NCBI GenBank assembly: GCA_020696385.1
Contig: JAEHCQ010000001.1
Span: forward strand, 576,001 to 640,000
Source of the DNA: Methanobacteriota archaeon
GTDB lineage: Archaea; Thermoplasmatota; Thermoplasmata; SG8-5; JAGLSY01
Direction: 5' to 3'
Length of the DNA: 64,000 nt
Shown here: piece after piece, positions 19,773-31,000 of the stretch
Position numbering within the stretch: position 1 is the stretch's first letter
Layout of the letters: each line of letters starts with the position of its first letter
The notes under the pieces: generated by a model
Database searches by the model: none
Seen by the model: only the letters and a program-made list of their open reading frames with translations
What the model was told of the DNA's origin: nothing
Made by a program: the position numbers and the translations under genes

Positions 19773-22700
19773 ATGACTAAAAGAATATCAGCGCTATTAA
19801 TAAGCCTTGCAATGATATCCATGATATTCCTGAACACGGGCCTGGTAATGGCCAGTTCGCCAGTATCGGAAACTGACGATTTTTATGTTCCAGGAGATTG
19901 GATAATTGTAGGAGCTGAAAGCTATACGAATGAGATAATATCAGTGGAGGGGAACATAACCATTCCCGCAGGGGCATCATTGACCCTGACAAATGTCACG
20001 ATATTAATGAACTGTTCAGCTGCCAACAGGACGCATATCGACGTTCAGGGAATTCTGAACATGTACGACGGTGGCGATGGATACAGCCCTTCAGATTCGA
20101 TGGATGCAGATGCCAGTGTCATACAGGCAAATGTGTCGAACTACAATTTCTGGACTGGTGTCAATGCTGTCTTGGACATACAGAACAGTGAGATCCTCAA
20201 TGCAGGAAACAACACCAATATGCCTCCAGATCAGTGGAGTGGTGTGTACATCAGAACCAATATGGCATCTATTGATGACAGCCGTATTGCAGATGGTGAG
20301 CACGGTCTGATCTTTGACAGTTGCTGGCCCGCTTCCTTGCAGAACAACCTGGTAGAGGACAATAATGGTATCGGAATTGGAGCTGGAGATATAACTGTTC
20401 CAAATTACAATATCAATGGTGTCCTTTCCAACAATGTTGTTCTGAACAATGGAGAGGCTGGTGTTTACCTGTCTGGAGACAATGTCAATGTCGAGATCTT
20501 CGGCATGAACGTGTCCTTCAATGACAATGGGATCATCGTAATAGGAAACGGCACTTTGAACGCCGATGTTCACGGCAATGAGATTTGGCGCAATGATGGA
20601 TCTGGATATTCTGCTCTTTACATTATAACCAACGGAGTCTTAAATACGAATATTGTAGGTAATGACATTATTGAGAACGGTTGCAACGGTGTATTCGTTG
20701 GATTTGATCACGTGAATAGTGGTACAGATGGTCCTTCAGATGCGACAGTGGTAGTCAACAATAACAATATCTATGGAAATGGTGGCGGATGCCGATATAC
20801 AGCTCTGGGTGACCTGGACATCACAATTAACGACAATTACATGGGTGGTTCGGATTATCACAGTGAAGGAGGAATGCAACAGATAGGGTATTATGAAGAA
20901 AATACCCGCTGTGGTAACCTTACCGTGACCATGGTCGGCAATGAATTCTATTATGGCCTTCCATCGGATGAATGGGATGTGCCACATGCTATCAAGATGG
21001 GAGCATGGGATCACATGGATGTGACATTCACAGATAACCGTATCTTACATGGTGGTGTCTATGAGAGCAGGACGATGTTGAATATTGGACATTACTTCTA
21101 CAGTGAATGGGTCTTCCCACAGACTTTGGATGCTCTGGTTACTCGCAATGAATTTATCGTTCTTGATGACGACAGCACGGATTCCTATCATAGGACGTCT
21201 ATCCAATTCAATGCTGAGAAGGAAATGAACATTGAATATACCGACAATTATTTCTTCTCATCTGCCAAACATGATTACATGGTTGCTGTTGATGAGAAGG
21301 GGCATGCTTTCCACCTTGGAAATGCAGATTATTGTAACGCCACAATCCGCGGAAACACCTTTGTATTGAGTCCAGTGGATGATCAAACCTACTCTTCAGG
21401 CCAGATCGGAGCACTGTTCTATGCATGGGCGAATGAAGAGCTCAATCTGGATTTCGTTGATAATTATGTTGAGAACAATGATGCACCATTATTATCATGG
21501 GACACTATCCCGATGATCATGATAGGTGGAGATGATGCATACACAGATTATCTAACGCCAAATGTCACATGTAATTTCATCGATAACACAGTTGTTCAGA
21601 ACATCTACGGTGGTGGAGAAGTTGGTGTAAAGGCAATAGTCATTACTTCCGACGACCAGCTGGTCTGTAATATCAGTGGGAACGATATCACACAATCTCG
21701 CATTGATGATGGATCCGGTGACTGGGCTGACTTTGAGGGCGCCTTTAAGATCGGTAGCTCATATGGTTCAGCCTATTGTGAGGATCTGTATCTTATCTTC
21801 AATGACAACAACATCCAGGGTAATTTCCACCATGATGCGGACTCGGGCGGTGCTGTGCGGGCTGTAGCCAACAATAATATCACTGCAGATATCAATAATA
21901 ATTACATTGAAGCAGTGTGGGAGGATGGAACAGCCGATTATGATTATGGTATGAGGATCGGTTACTCTTGTAACTCCTATGGTATTCAGAATGAAAACGC
22001 AGTTGTGACATCCAGCAACAATTTCTTCAAGAATGCTGGAATAGGCAGTAACTACGTGGTCGGAGCCAACAACAATCTGACCTTCACATCCGATGGAGAT
22101 ACGATGGTCGGCGCTCAATACGGAGATTGCGGTGGAACTGGAAGCTTCACTTCCTATACCACATACGGAAACGGTTTGACCCTAATGGCCGAGAGCTCCC
22201 TTGATGCTACGATCATGAATGGAGAGTTCTATGATAACGAAGGTGCGGGTATCTGCATCGAGACCGTTGGAGAATCTGATGTGACCATCGAGAACTGCTT
22301 CATACACGATAATTACTGGCACGGTGTCTACTTGTACGATACGGATGGTAATGGTGACGGCAATTTCGAGGTCAAAGAATCAGCGATCATAGGCAATGGT
22401 GCAGATTGGGATGGAAATTGTGGCCAAGGCAGTGGAATATATGCCGAGGATGTCATACTATTGATAGAGAACAGCACCCTGAACAATGATATGAACGGCG
22501 ATTACGAACTGGATCTTAAGGGATTCACCAATGCCACAGCGCTGAACTCCTTCTTTGACAGGTCGAACACGGACATTGACAGTGTCACCTGGGGAAGCCT
22601 CATTGGAAATACCACATGGACCGAGACCAACCTGACTGTGTGGAACACCACGACCGACGCTTCCTTCAGGATAGACATTGATGGAGACGTCAAGAACATT

Positions 22701-24842
22701 GACGGAATTAACTTCTCTGCTTGTCTGGACATGTTCAATGTCGCTGGTGCAATAACAATGGCATTACAGGCCGCTTCCACTGGTCCCACTGATGCATATT
22801 TTGTTGCCTCATGTACCTGGAACGTGGATCACTTTGAAATCACATCTGGAAATGGCGGAATGATGAGTTATGTATCTCCATTGATGCAATCGACCGGAAC
22901 CATGGGAACTGACATATCTGGTATCAATGCAAGTACAAACGGATACTGGATGGCCTGTGCCAATGGTACACCGATGCAGGGAACCGGAAGCTGGCTCTTG
23001 AACCAGTGGTTCATGCACGTGAAGGTCCAGCAGCAGGGAACCGGTATGATCATCCCAGGCGCTGATATCACTATCTGGGATGCCGACAACACAGTGGTTG
23101 GAACAGGCACATCCGGATGGGATGGATACAGTCGCTGGTTCGTAGTGGATGAATCATTGGACACAAATCCCTACAGCTACATGTACACACCACATACAGT
23201 AGAGGGTGTGAAGGGAGTTACCACAGGGACTGTATACCCGACAATGAGCTTCTCCAAAGAGGTCATTGTTTCACTGGATTACACCAGTTTGGCACCTGTA
23301 GCAGATGCTGGAACACCTCTGACAATAAATGAGGACACCAGTGCGATTCTTGACGGAAGCGCATCCACAGATGATATCTGGATCGTGTCATGGAATTGGA
23401 ATGAGCCAACTGCTGGAATCTCACTGTCAGGTGAGACCCCGAGCTATCTGTTCACCCAACCAGGTGTGTATGTTTTCACACTGACCGTGACCGACTATGA
23501 AGGTATGACAGACACTGACACAGTGACCATAACCGTGGTCGATGTGACAGCACCCATGGCCGATGCAGGACCAGCTCAGAGTGTGGATGAAGATGTAGAG
23601 GTCGTGTTCGATGGAAGCGCATCTGGGGACAATGTAGGCATAGTGAACTACACCTGGACCTTCACGGACAATGGAACCGTCATCACACTGTACGATGATG
23701 GAGCCAACTACACCTTTGCCGAGCCAGGAACATACGACGTCACATTGACAGTGACCGATGGAGTGGGATTGACAGACACAAGTATTGTGACCATAACCGT
23801 TCTGGACATCACAGCTCCAGTAGCGATAGATGGTAATGGACAGACGGTTCCTGAGGGAACTGAAGTGACCCTGGATGGCTCTGCAAGTACTGACAATGTC
23901 GGTGTTGTAACCTATGAGTGGACCTTCAATGACGGCGCGAATGATGTTGTACAGAACGGAGCTGTCATGAACCACACGTTCATGATACTCGGCAACTACA
24001 CCATCACTCTCGAAGTGTGGGATGCTGCCGGAAATAATGACACTCTGACAGTATGGGTGAATGTTGTCGATGTGACAGCACCGGAAGTTCTGGTCGTCGC
24101 ACCTGGCGAAGGATTGGAGAATGTTCCACTCGATTGGGATCTCATAGTCGTATTCACCGAGGCAATGGACACAGTATCTGTGGAAGCGGCCTTTGATGTG
24201 GATGGGACAAATGTGACCAGCTTCGTATGGGACGTATCTGGAAGATATGTCACCATCATCTTTGATGAACTGGCATATGACACGGTGTACACCTTCACTG
24301 TAGGATCAGAGGCAATGGACATAGCTGGCAATGAAATGGAAACAGCAGAAGCAGGCAGTTTCCTGACAGCCATTGATCAAACTCCACCACCAGTACCAGA
24401 GCCAACAGTGAATGATACAGATGGCGATGGTATTGATGATGTAGATGATGCATTCCCGGATGACCCAGCAGCATCTATCGATACTGATAATGATGGTATG
24501 CCTGATGTGTACAATCCAGGTTACGACGAGAATGACACAAACCTGACAGAGGATATGGATGACGACAATGACGGGATCGATGATGATGTAGATGACGACA
24601 CACCAATTGTTGATGATCCAGTTGACGACGATGATCCAGTTGACGACGATGACGACGACACAGCGGATGACGACACAGGAAGTAATGACTTCATGTGGAT
24701 CATCATAGTCATCATACTGGTTATCATAATCGTTATACAGGCTATGATGAAAGGAAAGGAACCTGAGAGCGATGCTCCAACATCAGAACCAGAACCACCA
24801 GTTGAAGAAGCACCAGCTCCAGAAGAGCCTGGTGATGTCTAA
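19773..24842 (+). CDS. Giant surface protein, paralog 1 (beta-helix, inserted module, 3 PKD domains, Ig-like domain, Asp-rich repeats, TM anchor)
   Basis: Signal peptide, beta-helix repeats, PKD motifs (DGSASTDNVGVVTYEWTF, PGTYDVTLTVTD), VFTEAMD Big_5-like domain, TM helix MWIIIVIILVIIIVIQAMM. Confidence 0.87.
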   Translation: MTKRISALLISLAMISMIFLNTGLVMASSPVSETDDFYVPGDWIIVGAESYTNEIISVEGNITIPAGASLTLTNVTILMNCSAANRTHIDVQGILNMYDGGDGYSPSDSMDADASVIQANVSNYNFWTGVNAVLDIQNSEILNAGNNTNMPPDQWSGVYIRTNMASIDDSRIADGEHGLIFDSCWPASLQNNLVEDNNGIGIGAGDITVPNYNINGVLSNNVVLNNGEAGVYLSGDNVNVEIFGMNVSFNDNGIIVIGNGTLNADVHGNEIWRNDGSGYSALYIITNGVLNTNIVGNDIIENGCNGVFVGFDHVNSGTDGPSDATVVVNNNNIYGNGGGCRYTALGDLDITINDNYMGGSDYHSEGGMQQIGYYEENTRCGNLTVTMVGNEFYYGLPSDEWDVPHAIKMGAWDHMDVTFTDNRILHGGVYESRTMLNIGHYFYSEWVFPQTLDALVTRNEFIVLDDDSTDSYHRTSIQFNAEKEMNIEYTDNYFFSSAKHDYMVAVDEKGHAFHLGNADYCNATIRGNTFVLSPVDDQTYSSGQIGALFYAWANEELNLDFVDNYVENNDAPLLSWDTIPMIMIGGDDAYTDYLTPNVTCNFIDNTVVQNIYGGGEVGVKAIVITSDDQLVCNISGNDITQSRIDDGSGDWADFEGAFKIGSSYGSAYCEDLYLIFNDNNIQGNFHHDADSGGAVRAVANNNITADINNNYIEAVWEDGTADYDYGMRIGYSCNSYGIQNENAVVTSSNNFFKNAGIGSNYVVGANNNLTFTSDGDTMVGAQYGDCGGTGSFTSYTTYGNGLTLMAESSLDATIMNGEFYDNEGAGICIETVGESDVTIENCFIHDNYWHGVYLYDTDGNGDGNFEVKESAIIGNGADWDGNCGQGSGIYAEDVILLIENSTLNNDMNGDYELDLKGFTNATALNSFFDRSNTDIDSVTWGSLIGNTTWTETNLTVWNTTTDASFRIDIDGDVKNIDGINFSACLDMFNVAGAITMALQAASTGPTDAYFVASCTWNVDHFEITSGNGGMMSYVSPLMQSTGTMGTDISGINASTNGYWMACANGTPMQGTGSWLLNQWFMHVKVQQQGTGMIIPGADITIWDADNTVVGTGTSGWDGYSRWFVVDESLDTNPYSYMYTPHTVEGVKGVTTGTVYPTMSFSKEVIVSLDYTSLAPVADAGTPLTINEDTSAILDGSASTDDIWIVSWNWNEPTAGISLSGETPSYLFTQPGVYVFTLTVTDYEGMTDTDTVTITVVDVTAPMADAGPAQSVDEDVEVVFDGSASGDNVGIVNYTWTFTDNGTVITLYDDGANYTFAEPGTYDVTLTVTDGVGLTDTSIVTITVLDITAPVAIDGNGQTVPEGTEVTLDGSASTDNVGVVTYEWTFNDGANDVVQNGAVMNHTFMILGNYTITLEVWDAAGNNDTLTVWVNVVDVTAPEVLVVAPGEGLENVPLDWDLIVVFTEAMDTVSVEAAFDVDGTNVTSFVWDVSGRYVTIIFDELAYDTVYTFTVGSEAMDIAGNEMETAEAGSFLTAIDQTPPPVPEPTVNDTDGDGIDDVDDAFPDDPAASIDTDNDGMPDVYNPGYDENDTNLTEDMDDDNDGIDDDVDDDTPIVDDPVDDDDPVDDDDDDTADDDTGSNDFMWIIIVIILVIIIVIQAMMKGKEPESDAPTSEPEPPVEEAPAPEEPGDV

Positions 24843-24873
24843 TCTGATGTATCGTGTCTGAATAAAGCAAAAT

Positions 24874-24924
24874 GGGGAAGGCGAACCAGCCTTCCCCCCT
24901 TTTATATTTTATTATTTTTCTTTT
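24874..24924 (+). terminator. Hairpin plus T-tract terminator (shared by the three paralogs)
   Basis: ggggaaggc-gaacca-gccttcccc followed by a long T-rich run. Confidence 0.75.
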
Positions 24925-24949
24925 GTTAGCCAGCCTTATTATTTCATTG

Positions 24950-24978
24950 TCTATTGTTAAGGATATTAATATATAATA
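24950..24978 (+). promoter_or_regulatory. Conserved upstream motif TCTATTGTTAAGG with adjacent TATA-like box
   Basis: tctattgttaaggatattaatatataa, nearly identical to 32120-32146 and ~100 bp upstream of the ATG in both genes. Confidence 0.65.
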
Positions 24979-25048
24979 ACATTAAACTTATGCGACTTTA
25001 ACTATATGAATAAGTCTAACATATAATATAAATTTGAGAGGAGTGAAA

Positions 25049-28000
25049 ATGAAAAATAAATTCAGTGCTTTGATAATGAGCATAGTAATGGTGACAGTGA
25101 TATTTGCAAATACTTCATTAGTGCTTGCAGGAACACCAGCACCACCGAGTGATGTTCCGGACGGTATTCAGTATATCGACGGCGACTGGACAGTTGTGGG
25201 GTCAGAAAGTTATACCGATGAGATCATCGTATTGACTGGAAATCTGACCGTGCCAGCAGGTGCAACACTCACACTTACCAACACGACGATACAGATGAAC
25301 TGCACCATGATCGGGCAGTACAAGATCAATGTGGGTGGCAATGTGTACCTCCTGGATGGAGGAGATGGACTGACACCTATGGAAGCTGCTGATGCTGATG
25401 CATCCGCTATAATTTCAAGCAACCCGGCCTTCGAAACATACCTGCATGTGATGCCAGGGGCGGTGTTCGATGTCCAGAACAGTGAGGTCAGAAATGTGGG
25501 CCGCACTGACATTAACGGATACCTGGTCGGTGGACTCAACCCAGAGACCAATATCACGATCTGGGAAAATGTCACAGACGGAGAGTTCAGTGTTACCCTG
25601 GAAGGCGTGACCGCAGATATATGGGGTATTGATTTCAACACCACCCCTGTTACCACAATAGATGAAGTGGCCACAAGGATCCAGAATGCGATCCAGGCAA
25701 TTGGCATAGGTGGATTCATTGGTGCGACCGTTATCTGGAATACGGATCACTTCGAGATAATATCTGGAACAACCATAGACGCTAGCTCATCGATATCAGC
25801 AATTTCCAGTGTGGCTCCTCTTATGGCAAACAGCACTGCAAACGGTACAGAAATATCTGGTACTGGGTGGATGGACTGCGCTATGAATACCCAGTCCTAT
25901 GATGCTGACAAATACATGATCGGAACTTACTTCGAATCAAACAGTGTGAGCATCACCAACAGTCTGATCGCGGACGGTGGCCACGGTACGATATTTGATA
26001 ATTGCCATCCTGCAGTCTTTTCTCACAATCTTGTAGATAACATGGCAGGAGCTGGATTTGGAATCACAAACTGGAGCAATCCAGGATTTACAATTGATTA
26101 TGTTCTTTCAGATAACACAATAACCAACAATGGATTCTACGGGGTTGTATTCGATGCCGAGACCGTGGATGTCGAAGTGTTCGACATGGACATATCAGAG
26201 AACGTATATGGTTTGAACATTTACGCAGGAAGCTCTATCACAGCCTATGTTCACGATTCCTTGTTCTGGAGGAACAGTGGCATCACAGAACAGGATGCGG
26301 CAACCATCTTCATGCTGCCTGGAGAGGGCGGGAATGTGGATGCGACGATCGAGAGATGCTCCCTGATAGAGAATTACTGTGGCTCAATTTGGTTGGGCAT
26401 AAGCCATCAGGATGACTACAGATGTGGGAATGTGACAGCGGACATATCCAATAATGATCTAATTGGAAACCATGGTGACATTAAGATGAATGCGAATTTC
26501 ACAGTCGATGCCACGGTCATAGACAATACGATCTCATGGTCAAATTATCATACAGCAGTTGATTCTTTCAATTTCGGACATGCTGAATCAAGCTCTTTAA
26601 CAAACAAGGATGAGTACGTGCAGTATCTGGATCTGGAATTCTCAAGGAACACTGCAGATTTTGGAATGTATGCAGATGGCGTACCCGTGGGTGGTTATGT
26701 CAGAACATCCGCAAAAGAGAATGTGGATGCCACGATCAATGATAATTATGTGGTCGGAGGTTACAATGTTGGCGGAATCTTCAGAATAGGATACCCTTGC
26801 GATGATGATGGCACAGATCCGATGTTCCCCCTGGTCAGAAACACGACCGCGTACTTTGAGGGAAATATTGTTGAAATGTATTATGATGGCGGTGCGCCAA
26901 ATGTAGGTCAGGTCATACAGACACATGCGAAATATAATCTGGACTCGACAGTGATCGATAATAAATTCTATTTCGAAAGTGGAGCTGGAACTGTCATCAG
27001 ACTGGGAGTCTGGGGAGATGGCAATGGCCCAGAACCTGTATTGAACAACACCGCATTGGTGCGGGAAAACACCATCACATTCAATGATCAGGCCGAAGAT
27101 CAGTTGGGTGGATCCATCAAGATCATGGCTCTCGATTATATCTATGCGGATATCATCGACAATGACATCTATGCCTTTGTAAGCTACAATGATGGGGGCT
27201 GGATATGGGTCGGGTTCATACACAATGTCTATGAGATCCCATGCAAGAATGTGACAGCGAATATCATCAATAATAGGATGATCGGTGATTTCTTTATGCC
27301 AGATGCGAAATGCTGGTTCATAAATGTTGCAGGAGAGATAAACACAAGAGCCAATGTAATCGGCAATGTGTTCATTCACAATGATTTCATGCTGGATTCA
27401 AACGACAATCCAACAGATTTCCTAAGGTTTGGATTTATCCAGGGATTTTCTTCCGGAGCTACATTCTGCACGGATAACCTGTTCCTGAACCTCACTGACA
27501 ATCGGATCACATACCGCACTGGTGCGGAGGTCAAATTATCAGGAGAGGGATTATGGACAATGACCAGTAATGAAGTTTGTATTGTGAACATTGAGAGGAA
27601 CATATTCGATATTGATTTCTATTATAATGACGGGGCAACTCCACTGATAGGTGGCATGCTCTCGATAGGTACGTCAAATAACTGGTATAGCCTTGGAACT
27701 ACAAAGAACCTGACAGTGGGTATCATCGACAATGTCTTCGATATCAGGCTGCATGGACAATGTTATGTAGGTGGTGTGTTCGATCTTGTCGCGATGGATA
27801 ATGTTGATGCGATCGTTACAGGCAATCAGTTCCATTTCGAAACCACAGACTATGAGATTGATGTTCCAGATGTTGGAGGTTTCTTCAGAATAGGACACAG
27901 TGGAAATTCAATGATCGTGGCCAATCACACCACAGTGGATTTCATGGACAATAAATTTGAGATAATTCTGGAGGCTGGAATATACATGGGAGGAGGCCTA

Positions 28001-31000
28001 CGCATATGGGCGGAGATAGACATCTTCGCCAATGTCACAGGAAATGATTTCGTATTTGATTCGGTCTATGATCAAGGGTGGTCAAATATCGGTGGCTTTT
28101 TGAACATTGGAGGTACAAATTATTTTACAGAGAATGTTACAGCGAATGTGAATTACAATACATTCACAGTGGACATATTCGGTGGGATCGAACTGGGCAG
28201 TGTCTTGAAGATTGGCGCGGAGTTTGACCTTGTCACCAATGTCATAGGTAATGAGTTCGTGGTGAACACCTATTATGACATAGGTGGCATAGATTTCGGC
28301 GGACTGATAGATATCGGAGCCTTGTGGGAGGAATCGAATAATATAACAGCTCATGTCAACTACAACAAAATATCCTTCACCATGTTTGAGGATATCGATG
28401 GGGCCTCCGCGATGCATATAGGAGGAGGGAAGAATTTAAGCGTCGAGGTCATTGGAAATGATATCGAATATACCACCCTCTCAGATGGAAGCTCTATATA
28501 CATTGGCGGAATCATAAAGGTCGGCGATGTCAGTGGTGTACTTGCAAAGACAGTGGAAGGTGTCATAAGCGATAATAATATCCAGGCCCATCTCATAAAT
28601 AATACAGATACTGGTGGCGCTATAAGAGTCACTGCTGAAAATGAAGTCAACCTGGTCATGGACAATAATATCGTGCAGGGCTGGTGGCCGGCAGATGTTG
28701 CCGAAGATGACAGAAGAGATTTTGGCGTCAGGATAGGATATCAATGCGAGAGCAATGGCATACTGGCGAATAACGTCACACTCCACATGACCAATAATAT
28801 AATCGGACCTGGTGGAAAGAGCAGTGCGCTGTATGTTGGTGCCATAGACAATCTTGACTTCAGCTTTGATGGAGGAGTGGTCCAAGGCGCGCTATGGGAT
28901 AATTGGTACATTGCTGCAGAAGGCAGTAATGGAAATGGTATAACCGCCGAATCCGAGGGAAATATGACGGTTTCCATAACCAATGCCGAGATAATGAGCA
29001 ACAGGGGAGCGGGTATCGCCATAATAGCCAATAATAATACGGCAGTGGATATCAAAGACTGCTACATACATGGAAACTACTGGCATGGCATATACATAGC
29101 GAGCGATAATGAACTTATTGATACCTTCTCGATAGAGAGATGTGATATCATCGGTAATGGCATGAACATCAGTGGAGACCTTCCAGAATATGGCAGTGGA
29201 ATATATGTTGAGAATGGACTTATCGATGTCGATAATTGCACACTGACAAACCCTGGAGGAGAGTACGAATTCAAGATTATGGATACTACATCATTCGTAC
29301 ACACACTCAATACCACCTTTGACAAGGACAATGTGTTCCTGGAGTCCACAGCCGGATATTTGACTGGTGGAGTAAGCGCAGACGATAAACAAGCTGGTTG
29401 GGCCCTGATCACAGATGGAGAGTTCAATCTCACCATTGATGGCGTATCAGCAGATATCGGACCTATTGACTTCACTGGCATAGGAAGCGTGACAGATGCA
29501 GCTACAAGGATACAGACTGCGATCCAGCTTGAATTCCCCGGTGTGACATGTACATACACTGGCGGCATATTCACCATAACATCTGCAACCATGGGTATAG
29601 GATCCGGTGTCACGGCATTGATAAATCACAGTGTTGGAAGCGGAACAGATATCAGTGGCCTGACGGAAATAAGCTCAAAGGCTTATGTTGATGGTGGAAC
29701 TAATGAAGAACCAACCCCCGCAAATTGGGCTGCAGTCACAGATGGAGAGTTCCATATAGTACTGGATGGCGTGCCAGCTGATATAGGACCTATTGATTTC
29801 ACTGGGGACACTACATTAGGACAGGTCGCGATGACCATCACTGCTGAACTTCAGGCAGAAGGCGGGGTCTATTCTTCAGCTTTATGTCAATGGATCGGTG
29901 GAATGGGCTATTTCAGAATAACCTCTGGAACCTGGAATTTCTCATCATCTGCCACGAATCTTTCTGCAACTGGAACAGGAACTGATATATCTGGATTGAC
30001 AGCCAGTGCCGGTGGCGCATGGCTGGATATGGCAGATAATGCCGTGGTACAGCCTGTAAAGAACTTCATGGACTGTGCATTGAACGGAACTGAAACAGCA
30101 GGAGAATCTGCTGAACTTCTTGTCAGCTGGTTCATGCATGTGAAAGTGTTGCAATCTGGTACGAACTACGGAATACCAGGAGCGGTTGTGACAGTTGAGG
30201 ATGGAGCAGGCATAGTTGTCGGCTCTGGAACCACAGACAGTGACGGATACCTCAAATGGGTTATCTGTGACGAGTACCTGGAGAGAATGGTATTGAGCGG
30301 AAAGGACCGCATAGAGTACGGAGATTTCACAGCATACGCGACCAAGACCAGCACATCTGGAAGCTCGGCTCCAACAGAAATGGATGTTTCAAAGGTCGTA
30401 CCCATTATGCTGAACTACGTGTCCCTACCACCTATAGCGGTTGCCAGCAGCCAGACAGTGAATGAAGATACACTTGTGATCTTCGATGGTACTGGATCCT
30501 CTGATGATTTCTACATAGTGGACTGGGATTGGACCTTCGATGATAGTGGTGCTGTCGCTCTCGATGGCGAGATCACGGACTACACATTCAGCGAGCCTGG
30601 AGTGTACGATGTGACACTCACCGTCAGGGACTATGAAGGACTGACCAGTGCGATCATCATCACGATCACCGTGGTGGATGTGACTGCTCCAACAGCAGAT
30701 GCAGGACCTGATCAGATAGTTGATGAGGACACGAATGTGACCTTCGATGGTACTGGAAGCTCGGACAATGTTGGCATAGTGAACTACACCTGGACCTTCA
30801 ATAATGGTACAGCCCAGACATTGTACGAAGTGAACCCTGTGTTCAACTTCACAGAACCAGGAACGTACACCGTTACCTTGACGGTCTCCGATGCTGTTGG
30901 TCTAACAGGCATTGCCACAATGGAAGTGACCGTGCTTGATGTGACTGCTCCAATAGCGATCGATGGTGATGGACAGACAGTTGCCGAGGGAACTGAAGTA

